From contig CAWGKG010000023.1 of the NCBI GenBank assembly GCA_963823035.1, forward strand, positions 160,001-224,000: DNA of 64,000 nt. Direction: 5' to 3'. This document shows, in pieces, positions 42,306 through 51,229 of this stretch. The translations under genes were made by a program, and so were the position numbers. Each line of letters begins with the position of its first letter. Position 1 is the first letter of the stretch. The stretch is from an uncultured Gemmatimonadales bacterium. Lineage in GTDB: Bacteria > Gemmatimonadota > Gemmatimonadetes > Longimicrobiales > Gaopeijiaceae. The notes beneath the pieces were generated by a model. That model had not been told where the DNA came from. It saw only the letters and a list, made by a program, of their open reading frames with translations, and did no database searches.

Positions 42306-42922
42306 GAGGGATCTCCGGGTTGGAAGGCGCCGAGACCGCGCGCGAGCATGGTCGCTACGGGGTCCAGCGTCGACATGAGGGGGTAGGCCCGCTTCGAGCG
42401 GAGCCAACCGGTGACGATCTCGTCCAACGCGCCGAAGAACAGCTGGCGGGCGAGACGCACGTCCAGGTCACGGGCGAACGCGCCGACGCGCACGCCCTCC
42501 GCGACGACTTCGCCGATCAGGTCGAAGTACTCGGCGACGCTCGGGCGGATGCCCTCGGACAGGATGGGGTCGGGGTCGCGGATGTGGATCTGGAAGACCG
42601 TGGCGAGCTCCCGATCCTCGGCGAAGAAGGCCAGGTGGAGCTTGGCGAGGAGGCGGAGCTGCGGTACGCCGGGCTCCGCGGCCGCGAGGAGGGGGCGGCA
42701 CCGCTCCATGTAGTCGGAGAGGTGGCGCTGGAAGAGGGTGATCAGCAGCTCCTGCTTGCGCTCGAAGTACAGGTAGATGGTGCCGGTGGCGACACCCGCC
42801 TCCCCCGCGACAGCGGCCATCGTGCTGCCGTGGTAGCCGTTCTGCGCGAAGACGCGGACAGCCGCCCCGAGGATGCGGACCTCCTTGTCGCGGGTCACCA
42901 CCGCTCCGCCGACCTTGGACAT
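42302..42922 (-). CDS. fadR: TetR-family fatty-acid degradation repressor (Bacillus FadR/YsiA-like)
   Basis: AAVRVFAQNGY and VAGEAGVATGTIYLYFERKQELL; FFGALDEIVTGW. First gene of the fad operon. Confidence 0.8.
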   Translation of the reverse strand: MSKVGGAVVTRDKEVRILGAAVRVFAQNGYHGSTMAAVAGEAGVATGTIYLYFERKQELLITLFQRHLSDYMERCRPLLAAAEPGVPQLRLLAKLHLAFFAEDRELATVFQIHIRDPDPILSEGIRPSVAEYFDLIGEVVAEGVRVGAFARDLDVRLARQLFFGALDEIVTGWLRSKRAYPLMSTLDPVATMLARGLGAFQPGDPS

Positions 42923-42943
42923 GAGCGTTTCCTGGCAGGAAGG

Positions 42944-42994
42944 GATAATGAATGAATGTTCATTCATTATCTGGCGTCCCCCCGTCCCCGTCAA
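42944..42994 (-). promoter_or_regulatory. fad promoter and FadR operator
   Basis: Perfect 13-2-13 palindrome GATAATGAATGAA-TG-TTCATTCATTATC (42944-42971). Minus-strand TTGACG (42994-42989)-N17-GATAAT (42971-42966). Confidence 0.88.
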
Positions 42995-43016
42995 GGCCAC
43001 CGTTTGGATCGGACCT

Positions 43017-44327
43017 TCACTCCCCTGGATCGTCGCTCCGTTCCAGGTGCTCCGCCTTCCAGCGCATCGACGAGAAGATGCGCGTGTGCCCGCTCGGGTG
43101 GTCGAAGAAGACCATCTCCTCGAGGTGGCCCGGGTCGAGCTTCCGGTACTCGCCCAGCTTGAGCGAGACCGCCGCCATCCCGTCGGGCTGGCGGGCCGCG
43201 TTGAGCCCGAAGATGTCCGCCTCGTACTCCTGGACCCGGATGTAGCTGTTGAGCACCGGCGTGAGCACGAAGGAGATCAGGGTCACGAGGAGCGCGAGCA
43301 GCGGCAGCCCCGCCGGGTCGTCCACGCCGCGCACCCGCCAAGCACCTCCCCAGCGTCCCAACGCCCACGCCGACAGGCGGTAGAGGAGAGCGAACACCAC
43401 GACGATCAGGACCCCGAAGAACAGAAGCATCTTGTAGACGTGGTTGAGCACGTAGTGGCCCATCTCGTGCCCCATCACCGCCTCGATCTCCGGGAGCGTG
43501 GCGCGGTTGAGCAGGTTGTCGTTGAGCGTGATCCGCTCCGTGCCCAGGAAGCCGCTCACGTTCGCGCTGATCCGCGTGGTCTGCCGCGACGCGTCCACCA
43601 CGTACACCTCCGACACGGGGATCCCGTTGGCGCGCGCCATGCTGAGGATCGGCTCCGCGACGCGGGGGTCGTCGAGCTTGCTGTACGTGTTGAAGAGCGG
43701 CGCGATGTACACCGGCGCGATCAGGGCTCCGATCATGAAGAAGCCCACGGTCACCGCGCTCGCCCAGATCCACCAGGTGCGCGGCGCGGCGCGCAGCACC
43801 CGGTAGAGCACCACCACGAAGAGCCCGCCGAACACCAAGCTGAGGATCAGCCCCTTGAGCTGGTCGCCCATCCACGCCCCGAAGGTCTGCGTGGCCAGCC
43901 CGTAATGGTGCTCGCGGAAGAAGCCCTGGTAGACCGTGAGCGGGAAGGAGAGCACCGCCGTCGCCACCGCCAACTGCGCCCAGTACGCCATCACGTGCAC
44001 GGCGCGGAAGCGGGAGAAGCGCTCGCCGACGTCGCGCATGCGCGCGGACGCGCCCGACGCCAGGAGGAGAAGGTAGATCGCTCCCGTGAGGGCCGTGTTC
44101 CACAGGAGCAGCCAGTACCCGCCCTCGAAGTACGCGTTGGAGCGCGCCATCTCCGCGGGCGGAACGGACGCGAGGTAGGCCTCCGTGGCGACTTCCGGGT
44201 CGAATCCGGCCGACGCCCGCGCAGCGGCGGGAACGTGGAGCGCGGTGTCCGGCACTTGCGCCCAGAGCGACGAGGCGGCGCCGAGGAGGAGGCAGAGGGT
44301 GAGGCAGGTCGATCCGACGCGAGGCAT
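43017..44327 (-). CDS. M48 family membrane metallopeptidase (Ste24-like)
   Basis: Multiple TMs; IAPLFN, NDNLL, HEMGH, EYEAD and DHPS. Confidence 0.9.
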   Translation of the reverse strand: MPRVGSTCLTLCLLLGAASSLWAQVPDTALHVPAAARASAGFDPEVATEAYLASVPPAEMARSNAYFEGGYWLLLWNTALTGAIYLLLLASGASARMRDVGERFSRFRAVHVMAYWAQLAVATAVLSFPLTVYQGFFREHHYGLATQTFGAWMGDQLKGLILSLVFGGLFVVVLYRVLRAAPRTWWIWASAVTVGFFMIGALIAPVYIAPLFNTYSKLDDPRVAEPILSMARANGIPVSEVYVVDASRQTTRISANVSGFLGTERITLNDNLLNRATLPEIEAVMGHEMGHYVLNHVYKMLLFFGVLIVVVFALLYRLSAWALGRWGGAWRVRGVDDPAGLPLLALLVTLISFVLTPVLNSYIRVQEYEADIFGLNAARQPDGMAAVSLKLGEYRKLDPGHLEEMVFFDHPSGHTRIFSSMRWKAEHLERSDDPGE

Positions 44328-44387
44328 GGAGCGAATCTGAGGCGCGGGGGCGGCGCGCGCCATCCGGCCGCCACGTGGCTCCAGGCT

Positions 44388-45782
44388 CTAGCTCCCAGGG
44401 CGCACGTAGACCCGATAACCCCAGGGCTCGAGCCGGAGCCGCGTGGTCGCGTCGAAGGTGGCCGCCGACCCGCTGAAGTACTCCGTCCAGGTGCCCTGGT
44501 GGGGGCCGTCGCCGAAGGTGACGGTCTGGGGCACGTCCGAGAAGTTCAGCACCGCGAAGACCGAGTCGCGCTCGTTCTGTCGGACGAAGCTCAACACGCG
44601 CGCTTCGACGTCGTTGGGCACCTTGATCATCGTCGCGCCCCACGGCGCGTTCCACAGCGCCGTGTTCTCGTGCTTGAGCGCGAAGAGCCTCCGGTAGAGC
44701 GTTCCGATGGGATGCTCGCGCCACACGATCGGGTCCTTCTCGAAGAACTCCAGCCGCTTGGGGTTTCCGGCCTCCTGCCCGTTGTAGATCAGCGGGATCC
44801 CGTCGCCCACCACCGACAGGACGATGGCGGCCGGAAGCGCGTCGCCGAACTTCTCGAACTGCGTGCCCTCCCAGGCGTTCTTGTCGTGATTGCTCACGAA
44901 GGTCATGCGCATCGCACCGGGTGGATAGGCGCCTTCGTTCCACGAGTAGTAGACGAACAGCTCGTTGAGGTCGGCGAGGCCGTGGGCGATCCGCTCCATC
45001 GCCTGGTTCCAGCTCCAGGCGTACGTCGCGTCGAACGCGTGGGCGTAGAGGTCGCGCGATTCCCACTCGGCGAGCATGAACACGGGCTTGATCGCGTCCA
45101 ACTCCCGGCGTGCCTCGTTCCAGAAGTCCACGGGAACGAACCCGGCCACGTCGCAGCGGAAGCCGTCCACATCGGCCTCGGTCACCCAGTACTTCATGGC
45201 CTCGGTCATGGTGCGCCGCAGGCCCTCCTGGCTGTAGTCGAGATCGATGATGTCGCTCCAGTCCCACCAGGGCGTCGGCGTGAAGTCACCCTTCCAGTCG
45301 TGCACGTACCATTCGGGGTGCTCCCTCGCCATCGGGTTGTCCCACGCGGTGTGGTTGGCCACCCAGTCGAGGATGACGTGCATACCGAGATCGTGGGCGG
45401 TGGACACGAAGCTGCGGAGGTCGTCGAGCGTGCCGAACTCGGGATTCACGCTCCGGTAGTCCTTCACCGAGTAGGGACTCCCCAGCGTCCCCTTCCGGTT
45501 CACCTCCCCGATCGCGTGGATCGGCATCAGCCAGACGATGTCCACGCCCAGGTCGCGCAGGCGCGGAAGCTGCGCCTCGGCCGCGGCGAACGTCCCCTCC
45601 GGTGTGAACTGGCGCGTGTTCAACTCGTAGAGGGTGGCGCTCCTGCTCCACTCGGGATGCGTGATCTGCATGTACGGCGTCGGGGCGTAGGGGTCCGCCC
45701 GGGTCGCTTCCGGGGCGTCGGGGACACACGCAGCCGTCGCGAGCACGGCGAATACGGCGAGACGGCGGGTCGAGATGCGCAC
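44388..45782 (-). CDS. GH13 alpha-amylase family lipoprotein
   Basis: Lipobox TAAC; WLMPI, DWVANH, DGFRCDVA, MLAE, NHD and YNGQE. Confidence 0.9.
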   Translation of the reverse strand: MRISTRRLAVFAVLATAACVPDAPEATRADPYAPTPYMQITHPEWSRSATLYELNTRQFTPEGTFAAAEAQLPRLRDLGVDIVWLMPIHAIGEVNRKGTLGSPYSVKDYRSVNPEFGTLDDLRSFVSTAHDLGMHVILDWVANHTAWDNPMAREHPEWYVHDWKGDFTPTPWWDWSDIIDLDYSQEGLRRTMTEAMKYWVTEADVDGFRCDVAGFVPVDFWNEARRELDAIKPVFMLAEWESRDLYAHAFDATYAWSWNQAMERIAHGLADLNELFVYYSWNEGAYPPGAMRMTFVSNHDKNAWEGTQFEKFGDALPAAIVLSVVGDGIPLIYNGQEAGNPKRLEFFEKDPIVWREHPIGTLYRRLFALKHENTALWNAPWGATMIKVPNDVEARVLSFVRQNERDSVFAVLNFSDVPQTVTFGDGPHQGTWTEYFSGSAATFDATTRLRLEPWGYRVYVRPGS

Positions 45783-45903
45783 GTGGGAGCCCGGGGGTTC
45801 GTTTCGGCGGTTCCTGCGGCGTCCCAAGGGATACCACTTCGCCGCCCTGCGCGAAACGGATCGCGTCGTTGCGGAGACAGCGTCCCCGCCCGACCTTGAG
45901 GCC

Positions 45904-46278
45904 ATGAGGACCCCTTCCACCCTCGCCCTCCTCGCGGGCTTCCTGGTCGGCTGCTCGTCGCTCGGTTTCGAGTCGGAGGTCACGAACAAGACCCCGTTCT
46001 CGCCCCCCGAGGTCTACGCCGACTGGTGGGACGCGACGGAGGCGTGCTCGGGGCTGGATGGGGATTTCGCGAGGGTGTCGTGGTACCTGGCCACCGGCAT
46101 CACGGGCGACGGCAAGGTGGCGAGCGGCCGCTGGTCGCAACCGCACGACATCGTCATCGTGCGCGGCTACGAGGGCGACGAGACGATCGTCCGACACGAG
46201 ATGCTCCACGATCTGCTCGACGGGGATCCGGACCACACCTCGGCCCTGTGGGTCGCGTGCGGCCTCGCCATGAGCTGA
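45904..46278 (+). CDS. Small lipoprotein with an HExxH motif
   Basis: Lipobox LVGC; WWDATEACSG; RHEMLH. Confidence 0.6.
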   Translation: MRTPSTLALLAGFLVGCSSLGFESEVTNKTPFSPPEVYADWWDATEACSGLDGDFARVSWYLATGITGDGKVASGRWSQPHDIVIVRGYEGDETIVRHEMLHDLLDGDPDHTSALWVACGLAMS

Positions 46279-46398
46279 ACGCTCGGCGCGGATGCTCCAC
46301 GCCGAGCGTCTCGCATCGACTTCCGGGCGGGTGCGGGCGGACCGATGGCCGGCCGCCTGGGGGGAGACGCCGGCCCCGCCCGCACCCACCTCGTCGCG

Positions 46399-46827
46399 TC
46401 AGTTCGCGTGACCGCGGTAGTCGAGCTTCCCTTCGCGGGGGTACTGGATCCATCCCTGGAAGAGCCGCCCGGCCGCGCCGCTGTCGCCCCAGAAGTAGGC
46501 GCTGGTGCTCGACGTCATCAGCTCGAAGGAGGCGTTCGTGGAGTTTCCGTCCGCCATCGACCAGCTCACGCTGTTCTCGGAGACCTGGGGGTTCACGATC
46601 TCGGTGCTTCCCACCATCACTCGGCGGTCGGCCGTGATCTCCAGGTTGCCGCTCGCCCGCCAGGTACCGCTGGCGCCTCCGAACTTCTGGCCCGTGGCGT
46701 AGACCCCGGCCCAGGTGTAGCCCTCGGGTTGGGGCTCGGGGCCCAAGGCGCTCTTGTCGCAGCCGGTGAGGGCCATGGACGTGAGAAGGAGCGAGAGAAG
46801 CCCGGCCGTCCTCGTCGTTGCGCGCAT
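46399..46827 (-). CDS. Hypothetical lipoprotein
   Basis: Lipobox LTGC; beta-rich body; GGAG upstream. Confidence 0.6.
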   Translation of the reverse strand: MRATTRTAGLLSLLLTSMALTGCDKSALGPEPQPEGYTWAGVYATGQKFGGASGTWRASGNLEITADRRVMVGSTEIVNPQVSENSVSWSMADGNSTNASFELMTSSTSAYFWGDSGAAGRLFQGWIQYPREGKLDYRGHAN

Positions 46828-46948
46828 CGTAGTGTCTCCGTTCGGGTCGTTGGTTCCGGGGCTTTCCTGGTCCCCCTTCATCAACGAGAGCGCGAGACAC
46901 GGCCGGATTCCCTCATCGCGGATCCGGGTGGGCGCAACTCGGCGCGGC

Positions 46949-47647
46949 TCAGCCCTCCTGGGTCTCCCCGCGGGCCCGCAGCAGCGCGCGCGCTGCGACG
47001 TCTTCCATCTGTCCCTGGCGGGTACGCGCCCACCCGGGAAGCTGCAGGGCGGGGAGTCCGATCGCGCCGAACCCCATCGCGCCCAGAAAGGCGGCGACCA
47101 TCCACTTCTCGGCGAGCTCTCCCTTCGCCACGAACCCCACGAGCATCAGGAGGGAGACCAACACGACGCCCAGCCCCATGGAGACCATGCGGTACGCGCT
47201 GCCCTTCACCGTGCGCAGCCTGAGGCGGTAGCCCTCGTCGGTCGGCTCGACCAGCGCCTGCAGGTTCCCGTTGCTCCACTCGCGGAAATCGCCCTCCACG
47301 CGGATGCGACCCCGTGCGTCGAAGGTCTCGCGCAGGTCCACCACCAGCCGGTTCCAGGCGTCCTCGTCGAAGTGGGCTCCGAGCTCGACGGCGCGCGACA
47401 CCCCCACCGGAAGGCCCGCCATCCGTCGGGTGAGGGCGGGTACGGACGGGCCCACCTCGAGCGCACGCGCCGCCTCGGCGATCCGCTCCGGGTCGAGGCC
47501 GGCTTCCGCGCCGATCTCCTGGAGCTCGGCGAGCGTGAAGCCCCGGTCGGTGGAGGGCGCCGAGCCGCCCGTGCCCCGGCTCGGCACCCGCGACGCGTGG
47601 TCGAAGATGCTGCGGGTCTCGTCTTCGTCGTATCGGCGGTCGGACAT
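46949..47647 (-). CDS. Hypothetical membrane protein
   Basis: RYDEDETRSIF and TLAELQEIGAEAGLDP; two C-terminal TMs. Confidence 0.65.
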   Translation of the reverse strand: MSDRRYDEDETRSIFDHASRVPSRGTGGSAPSTDRGFTLAELQEIGAEAGLDPERIAEAARALEVGPSVPALTRRMAGLPVGVSRAVELGAHFDEDAWNRLVVDLRETFDARGRIRVEGDFREWSNGNLQALVEPTDEGYRLRLRTVKGSAYRMVSMGLGVVLVSLLMLVGFVAKGELAEKWMVAAFLGAMGFGAIGLPALQLPGWARTRQGQMEDVAARALLRARGETQEG

Positions 47648-47733
47648 GGCTCGTCGGGAAATGGGAGGGAGGGTCCAGATCTCTCTACGCACGGGATCGG
47701 TGATTGCGTCACGAGGATCCCGGACTCATCCGA

Positions 47734-48967
47734 TCATCCGAAGAAGATGTACGCGATGGCGATACCGGCCACGATCGACACGAAGTCGGCGAGCAGGCCG
47801 CAGGGAACGGCGTGGCGGGTGCGCTTCACGCCCACGGATCCGAAGTACAGCGCGATGATGTAGAACGTGGTGTCCGTGGCGCCCTGGAAGGTGCACGCCA
47901 GCCGCCCCACGAACGAGTCCGCGCCGTAGGTCTGCATGGCGTCCACCATCATCCCGCGTGCGCCGCTCCCGCTCAGCGGCTTCATCAGCGCGGTGGGGAG
48001 CGCGGGGATGAAGTCCGTGTTCAGCCCGACGCCCGAGACCACCTTCCCGATCGCGGCCACCACATAGTCCATCGCGCCGGAGGCGCGGAACACGCCAATG
48101 GCCACGAGGATCGCCACCAGGTAGGGGATGATCTTGATGACGACCGCGAACCCCTCCTTCGCGCCGTCGATGAACGCCTCGTACACGTCCACCTTCCGGA
48201 TCATGGCCAGCCCGATGAAGCCGATGATGATGCTGAAGAGCGTGACGTTCGCGACGAGGTTCGAGACCGTCTCGACCCGCTCCTGCGGCAGGTGGGAGAA
48301 GTAGACGATCGTCGCGCCCACCAGCGCCGTCAGCCCGATCAGGTACCCCAGCACCGTCCTGTCGAGGAGGTTGATACGCTGCACGAGCCCCACCGTGATC
48401 AGGCCGGCGAGCGTCGAGAAGAAGGTGGTGAGGAGGATGGGGAGGAAGATGTCCGAGGGGTTGGCGGCGCCCATCTGCGCCCGGTACACCATGATGCTCA
48501 CCGGGATGATGGTCAGCCCCGACGTGTTGAGCACCAGGAACATGATCTGCGCGTTCGAGGCGGTCTCGGGGTTCGGGTTGAGCTCCTGCAGCTCCTGCAT
48601 CGCCTTCAGCCCGAGTGGCGTGGCCGCGTTGTCCAGCCCGAGCATGTTGGCCGCGAAGTTCATGATGATGGAGCCGTAGCACCGGGTGATCCTCGGGCAC
48701 CTCCGGGAAGAGCTTGTGGAAGAAGGGCTGGACCACGCGCGCGAGCACGCGCACGGCCCCGCCACGCTCCCCGACCTTCATGAGGCCGAGCCAGAGGGTG
48801 AGCACGCCGATCAGGCCCAGGCAGATGTCCACAGCCGTCGCGGCCATCTCGAAGGTGCTGTTCACCATCGCGGTGAAGATCTCGGTGTCGTGGAAGAACA
48901 CGAGGCGCACCAGCCCCACCACGAACGAGACCAGGAAGAAGGCGATCCAGATGAAGTTCAGGACCAC
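47734..48967 (-). CDS. Fused SpmA/SpmB nucleoside-recognition (Gate) membrane protein (frameshift near 48680)
   Basis: LWLGLMKVGE, ANMLGLDNAATPLGLKAM, FLVLNTS, FIDGAKEG, KPLSGSGA and TDTTFY. Confidence 0.9.
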
Positions 48968-49663
48968 GGATCGACTCCCGAAAGCAGATCGACGAGCACG
49001 GGGACGTGGTCACGCACCAACGAGTCCTTGTCCGTCATCTCGAACTCGTACGTCACGACGGTGAGGCCTCGCTCGCCGCCCCACGTCCCGAACGACCCGG
49101 GCGTCGGGTATCCCACGTCGGCCACCAGAGGAAGTCCGGTCCTCTCCGCGATCCACGCGGCCAGGGGCCCCTGGCCCGCAGCGTCGATGCACGCGAGGGG
49201 GGCGTGGAGCGCGACCACCGCGGCGGGCCTCATCTCCTCGATGAGACGCACCAGCGCTTCGACCTCCGGCTCGGAGCCCGGTCCCGAGCCCGGGCTCAGC
49301 ACCACGTCGCGCGCGCGCGTCGAGCGTGGAGCGGTGCATGACCGGGTCGCCGCGCCAGTCGGCCGTGGGGAAGTTGCGGTTGAGGTCGACGCCGTGGGCG
49401 TTGCCGCGCGTGCCGCGCACGAGCCCGTCGGGGTTGGCCGCCAGCACCACCGCGCAGTGCGGCGACGGCTCCCCGAGCGTGCGCAGCGCGCGGGACAGCG
49501 CCACGGTCGTCTCCCCCTCCTCGCCGTGGATCCCCGCGTGGATCAGCAGCTTGCACGCGCCCGACGGCCGCCACACCTCGAGGGGGAGGCCGAGCACCGA
49601 GCGCCCGTACGTGTCGGGGGTCCAGGCGAGGGTGCCGATGTCCTTTCGTGCGCGGAGCTTCAT
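48958..49663 (-). CDS. mpaA: Murein tripeptide amidase MpaA-like M14 peptidase (frameshift near 49310)
   Basis: YGRSVLGLPL, AGIHGEE, NPDG, RGNAHGVDLNRNFP, GSEPE, VALHAPL and VGYPTPGSFGTW. Confidence 0.85.
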
Positions 49664-50358
49664 GCGGGTGGTCTCCCCGTGTTGACGACGAACCGTTCGA
49701 AGATCTCGTCCAGGTGCGCGAGCACCGTGTCCTTCAGCCGGAGTTCGGCGGCGCGCACGGTGTCGCGCAGCACGTCGGCGCTCAGCCCCTCGACGAAGGA
49801 GGCGGCCACGGGCGCGCAGCTCAGGTGCCAGCGCTCGGGCGCGACCCCGCCCCGGTCGCGATCGTAGGGGCGGAAGAAGCCGAAGGAGGTGCCGGCGGCG
49901 ATGCGGGTGTCGAGCCAGTCGTGGAGGGGGCCGAACATCCCTCCGGGGTCGACCTCCTCGGGGATCAGCTCCACCGCGTAGCCCTCGGGCCGCGCGGCCG
50001 CGTCGAAGACGTCCAGCTCCGTCCCCCAGTGGTGACGAGAAGCTCCCGGCAGCGCCGACCACCGCAGGATCGCGAACACCAGCTCCCGCTCGGAGAGCGT
50101 GCGGATGTCGAGCGGGACGGCGGCGCTGTCGAGCACGGCCAGCTCGCCCTGCGCCTTCCGGTTCCAGATCGACAGCTGCCGCTCGAACCCGCGGAAGCCG
50201 CTGAGGATCTCGAGCGCGAACCCGGAGCGAGCGGCCACGTCGCGGAGTCGACGGAACGGCTCGACGACGTCCCGATGCATCGACGCCCCCAGGGCCTCGG
50301 CGTCCGCCGGGTCACAGAGGTGCGACTCGGTCCGTCCGGTGAGCATCGTCGGGTCCAC
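49660..50358 (-). CDS. M15 family D,D-carboxypeptidase (VanY-like)
   Basis: SGFRGFERQ, WSALPGASRHHWGTELD and ERWH. ATGA overlap with mpaA. Confidence 0.88.
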   Translation of the reverse strand: MDPTMLTGRTESHLCDPADAEALGASMHRDVVEPFRRLRDVAARSGFALEILSGFRGFERQLSIWNRKAQGELAVLDSAAVPLDIRTLSERELVFAILRWSALPGASRHHWGTELDVFDAAARPEGYAVELIPEEVDPGGMFGPLHDWLDTRIAAGTSFGFFRPYDRDRGGVAPERWHLSCAPVAASFVEGLSADVLRDTVRAAELRLKDTVLAHLDEIFERFVVNTGRPPA

Positions 50359-50360
50359 GC

Positions 50361-51227
50361 TCAGGGCCGTCCCGCTTCGGGCGTGGTCGCGAAGGCGCGC
50401 AGCGCCCGGATCCACGCCCCGGTCATGACCTCGACCACCCTGCGGCCCTTCTCCGCGGTGGCCAGCGTCGCGTCCCCGAAGATGCCCGTCGTGGTGTACT
50501 CCGGGTCGCCCGGCGTTCGGGAGAACCCACCGGGGCGATAGCCCGGGCCGGGCTCCCCGTCCGGGAGCCCGTAGTCGGTGGGAGCGAGCTCCATGTGCAC
50601 GAGATCGGGCCGCAGGTGGAGCACCACCGAGGTCTCCAGCTCGTCGGCGTGCCCGCCGGCGCGCTGCTCCGCGAGCCCCTCCAGCTCCTCGGTCTCCAGG
50701 TCGTTCCAGGAGATCAGAAGGGTCGGCACACCCTCACGCTGGTGCACCTCGCGCGCCGCGACGCCGATGGGCAGCCCGGTCGACCGGGTGATGCCCGTGT
50801 TCAGGAAGACGATACGGCGCGCCCCGTGCCGCACCAGCGACGTCGCCACCTCCTGCACGTAGCGCCGGAAGAGGTCCGCGTCGGCGACGTCCGTGCCGGG
50901 AAAGTCCCGGAAGGCCGGGAACCATCCGTGCAGGATGGGCGGGGCCACCAGAACGGGCAGCGAATCCACGGCCGCTTGCATGAGGTGCTCGAGCATGAGG
51001 CGGTCGGTGCCCATCGGCAGGTGCGGACCGTGCTCCTTCGCGCCGGCGCCGAACGGCACCACCACGAGCGGCGCTTCCTTCAGGCGTGCCTCCGCCTCGG
51101 GCCAGGTCAGGTCGCCGAGGTAGGCGCCCGGCGTCTGCGCCGAGGCCGCACCGCCCGTCGCGAACGCGAGGGCGAGCGCGACGACCGTCGCACGGAGGAC
51201 GGCACCGTGTTGCATGGGGAGCGACAT
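50361..51227 (-). CDS. Creatininase-family protein with a signal peptide
   Basis: LGDLTW, EHGPHLPMGTD, GGHADELETS and GIFGDATLATAEKG; signal peptide ending ASA. Confidence 0.8.
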   Translation of the reverse strand: MSLPMQHGAVLRATVVALALAFATGGAASAQTPGAYLGDLTWPEAEARLKEAPLVVVPFGAGAKEHGPHLPMGTDRLMLEHLMQAAVDSLPVLVAPPILHGWFPAFRDFPGTDVADADLFRRYVQEVATSLVRHGARRIVFLNTGITRSTGLPIGVAAREVHQREGVPTLLISWNDLETEELEGLAEQRAGGHADELETSVVLHLRPDLVHMELAPTDYGLPDGEPGPGYRPGGFSRTPGDPEYTTTGIFGDATLATAEKGRRVVEVMTGAWIRALRAFATTPEAGRP

Positions 51228-51229
51228 GG

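Noticed and set aside
42873..45899. 1008-aa plus-strand ORF, and the many other long Arg/Pro/Ala-rich ORFs in the track
   Set aside because: These are antisense or off-frame shadows of well-supported genes, expected at this GC content, and carry no motifs.
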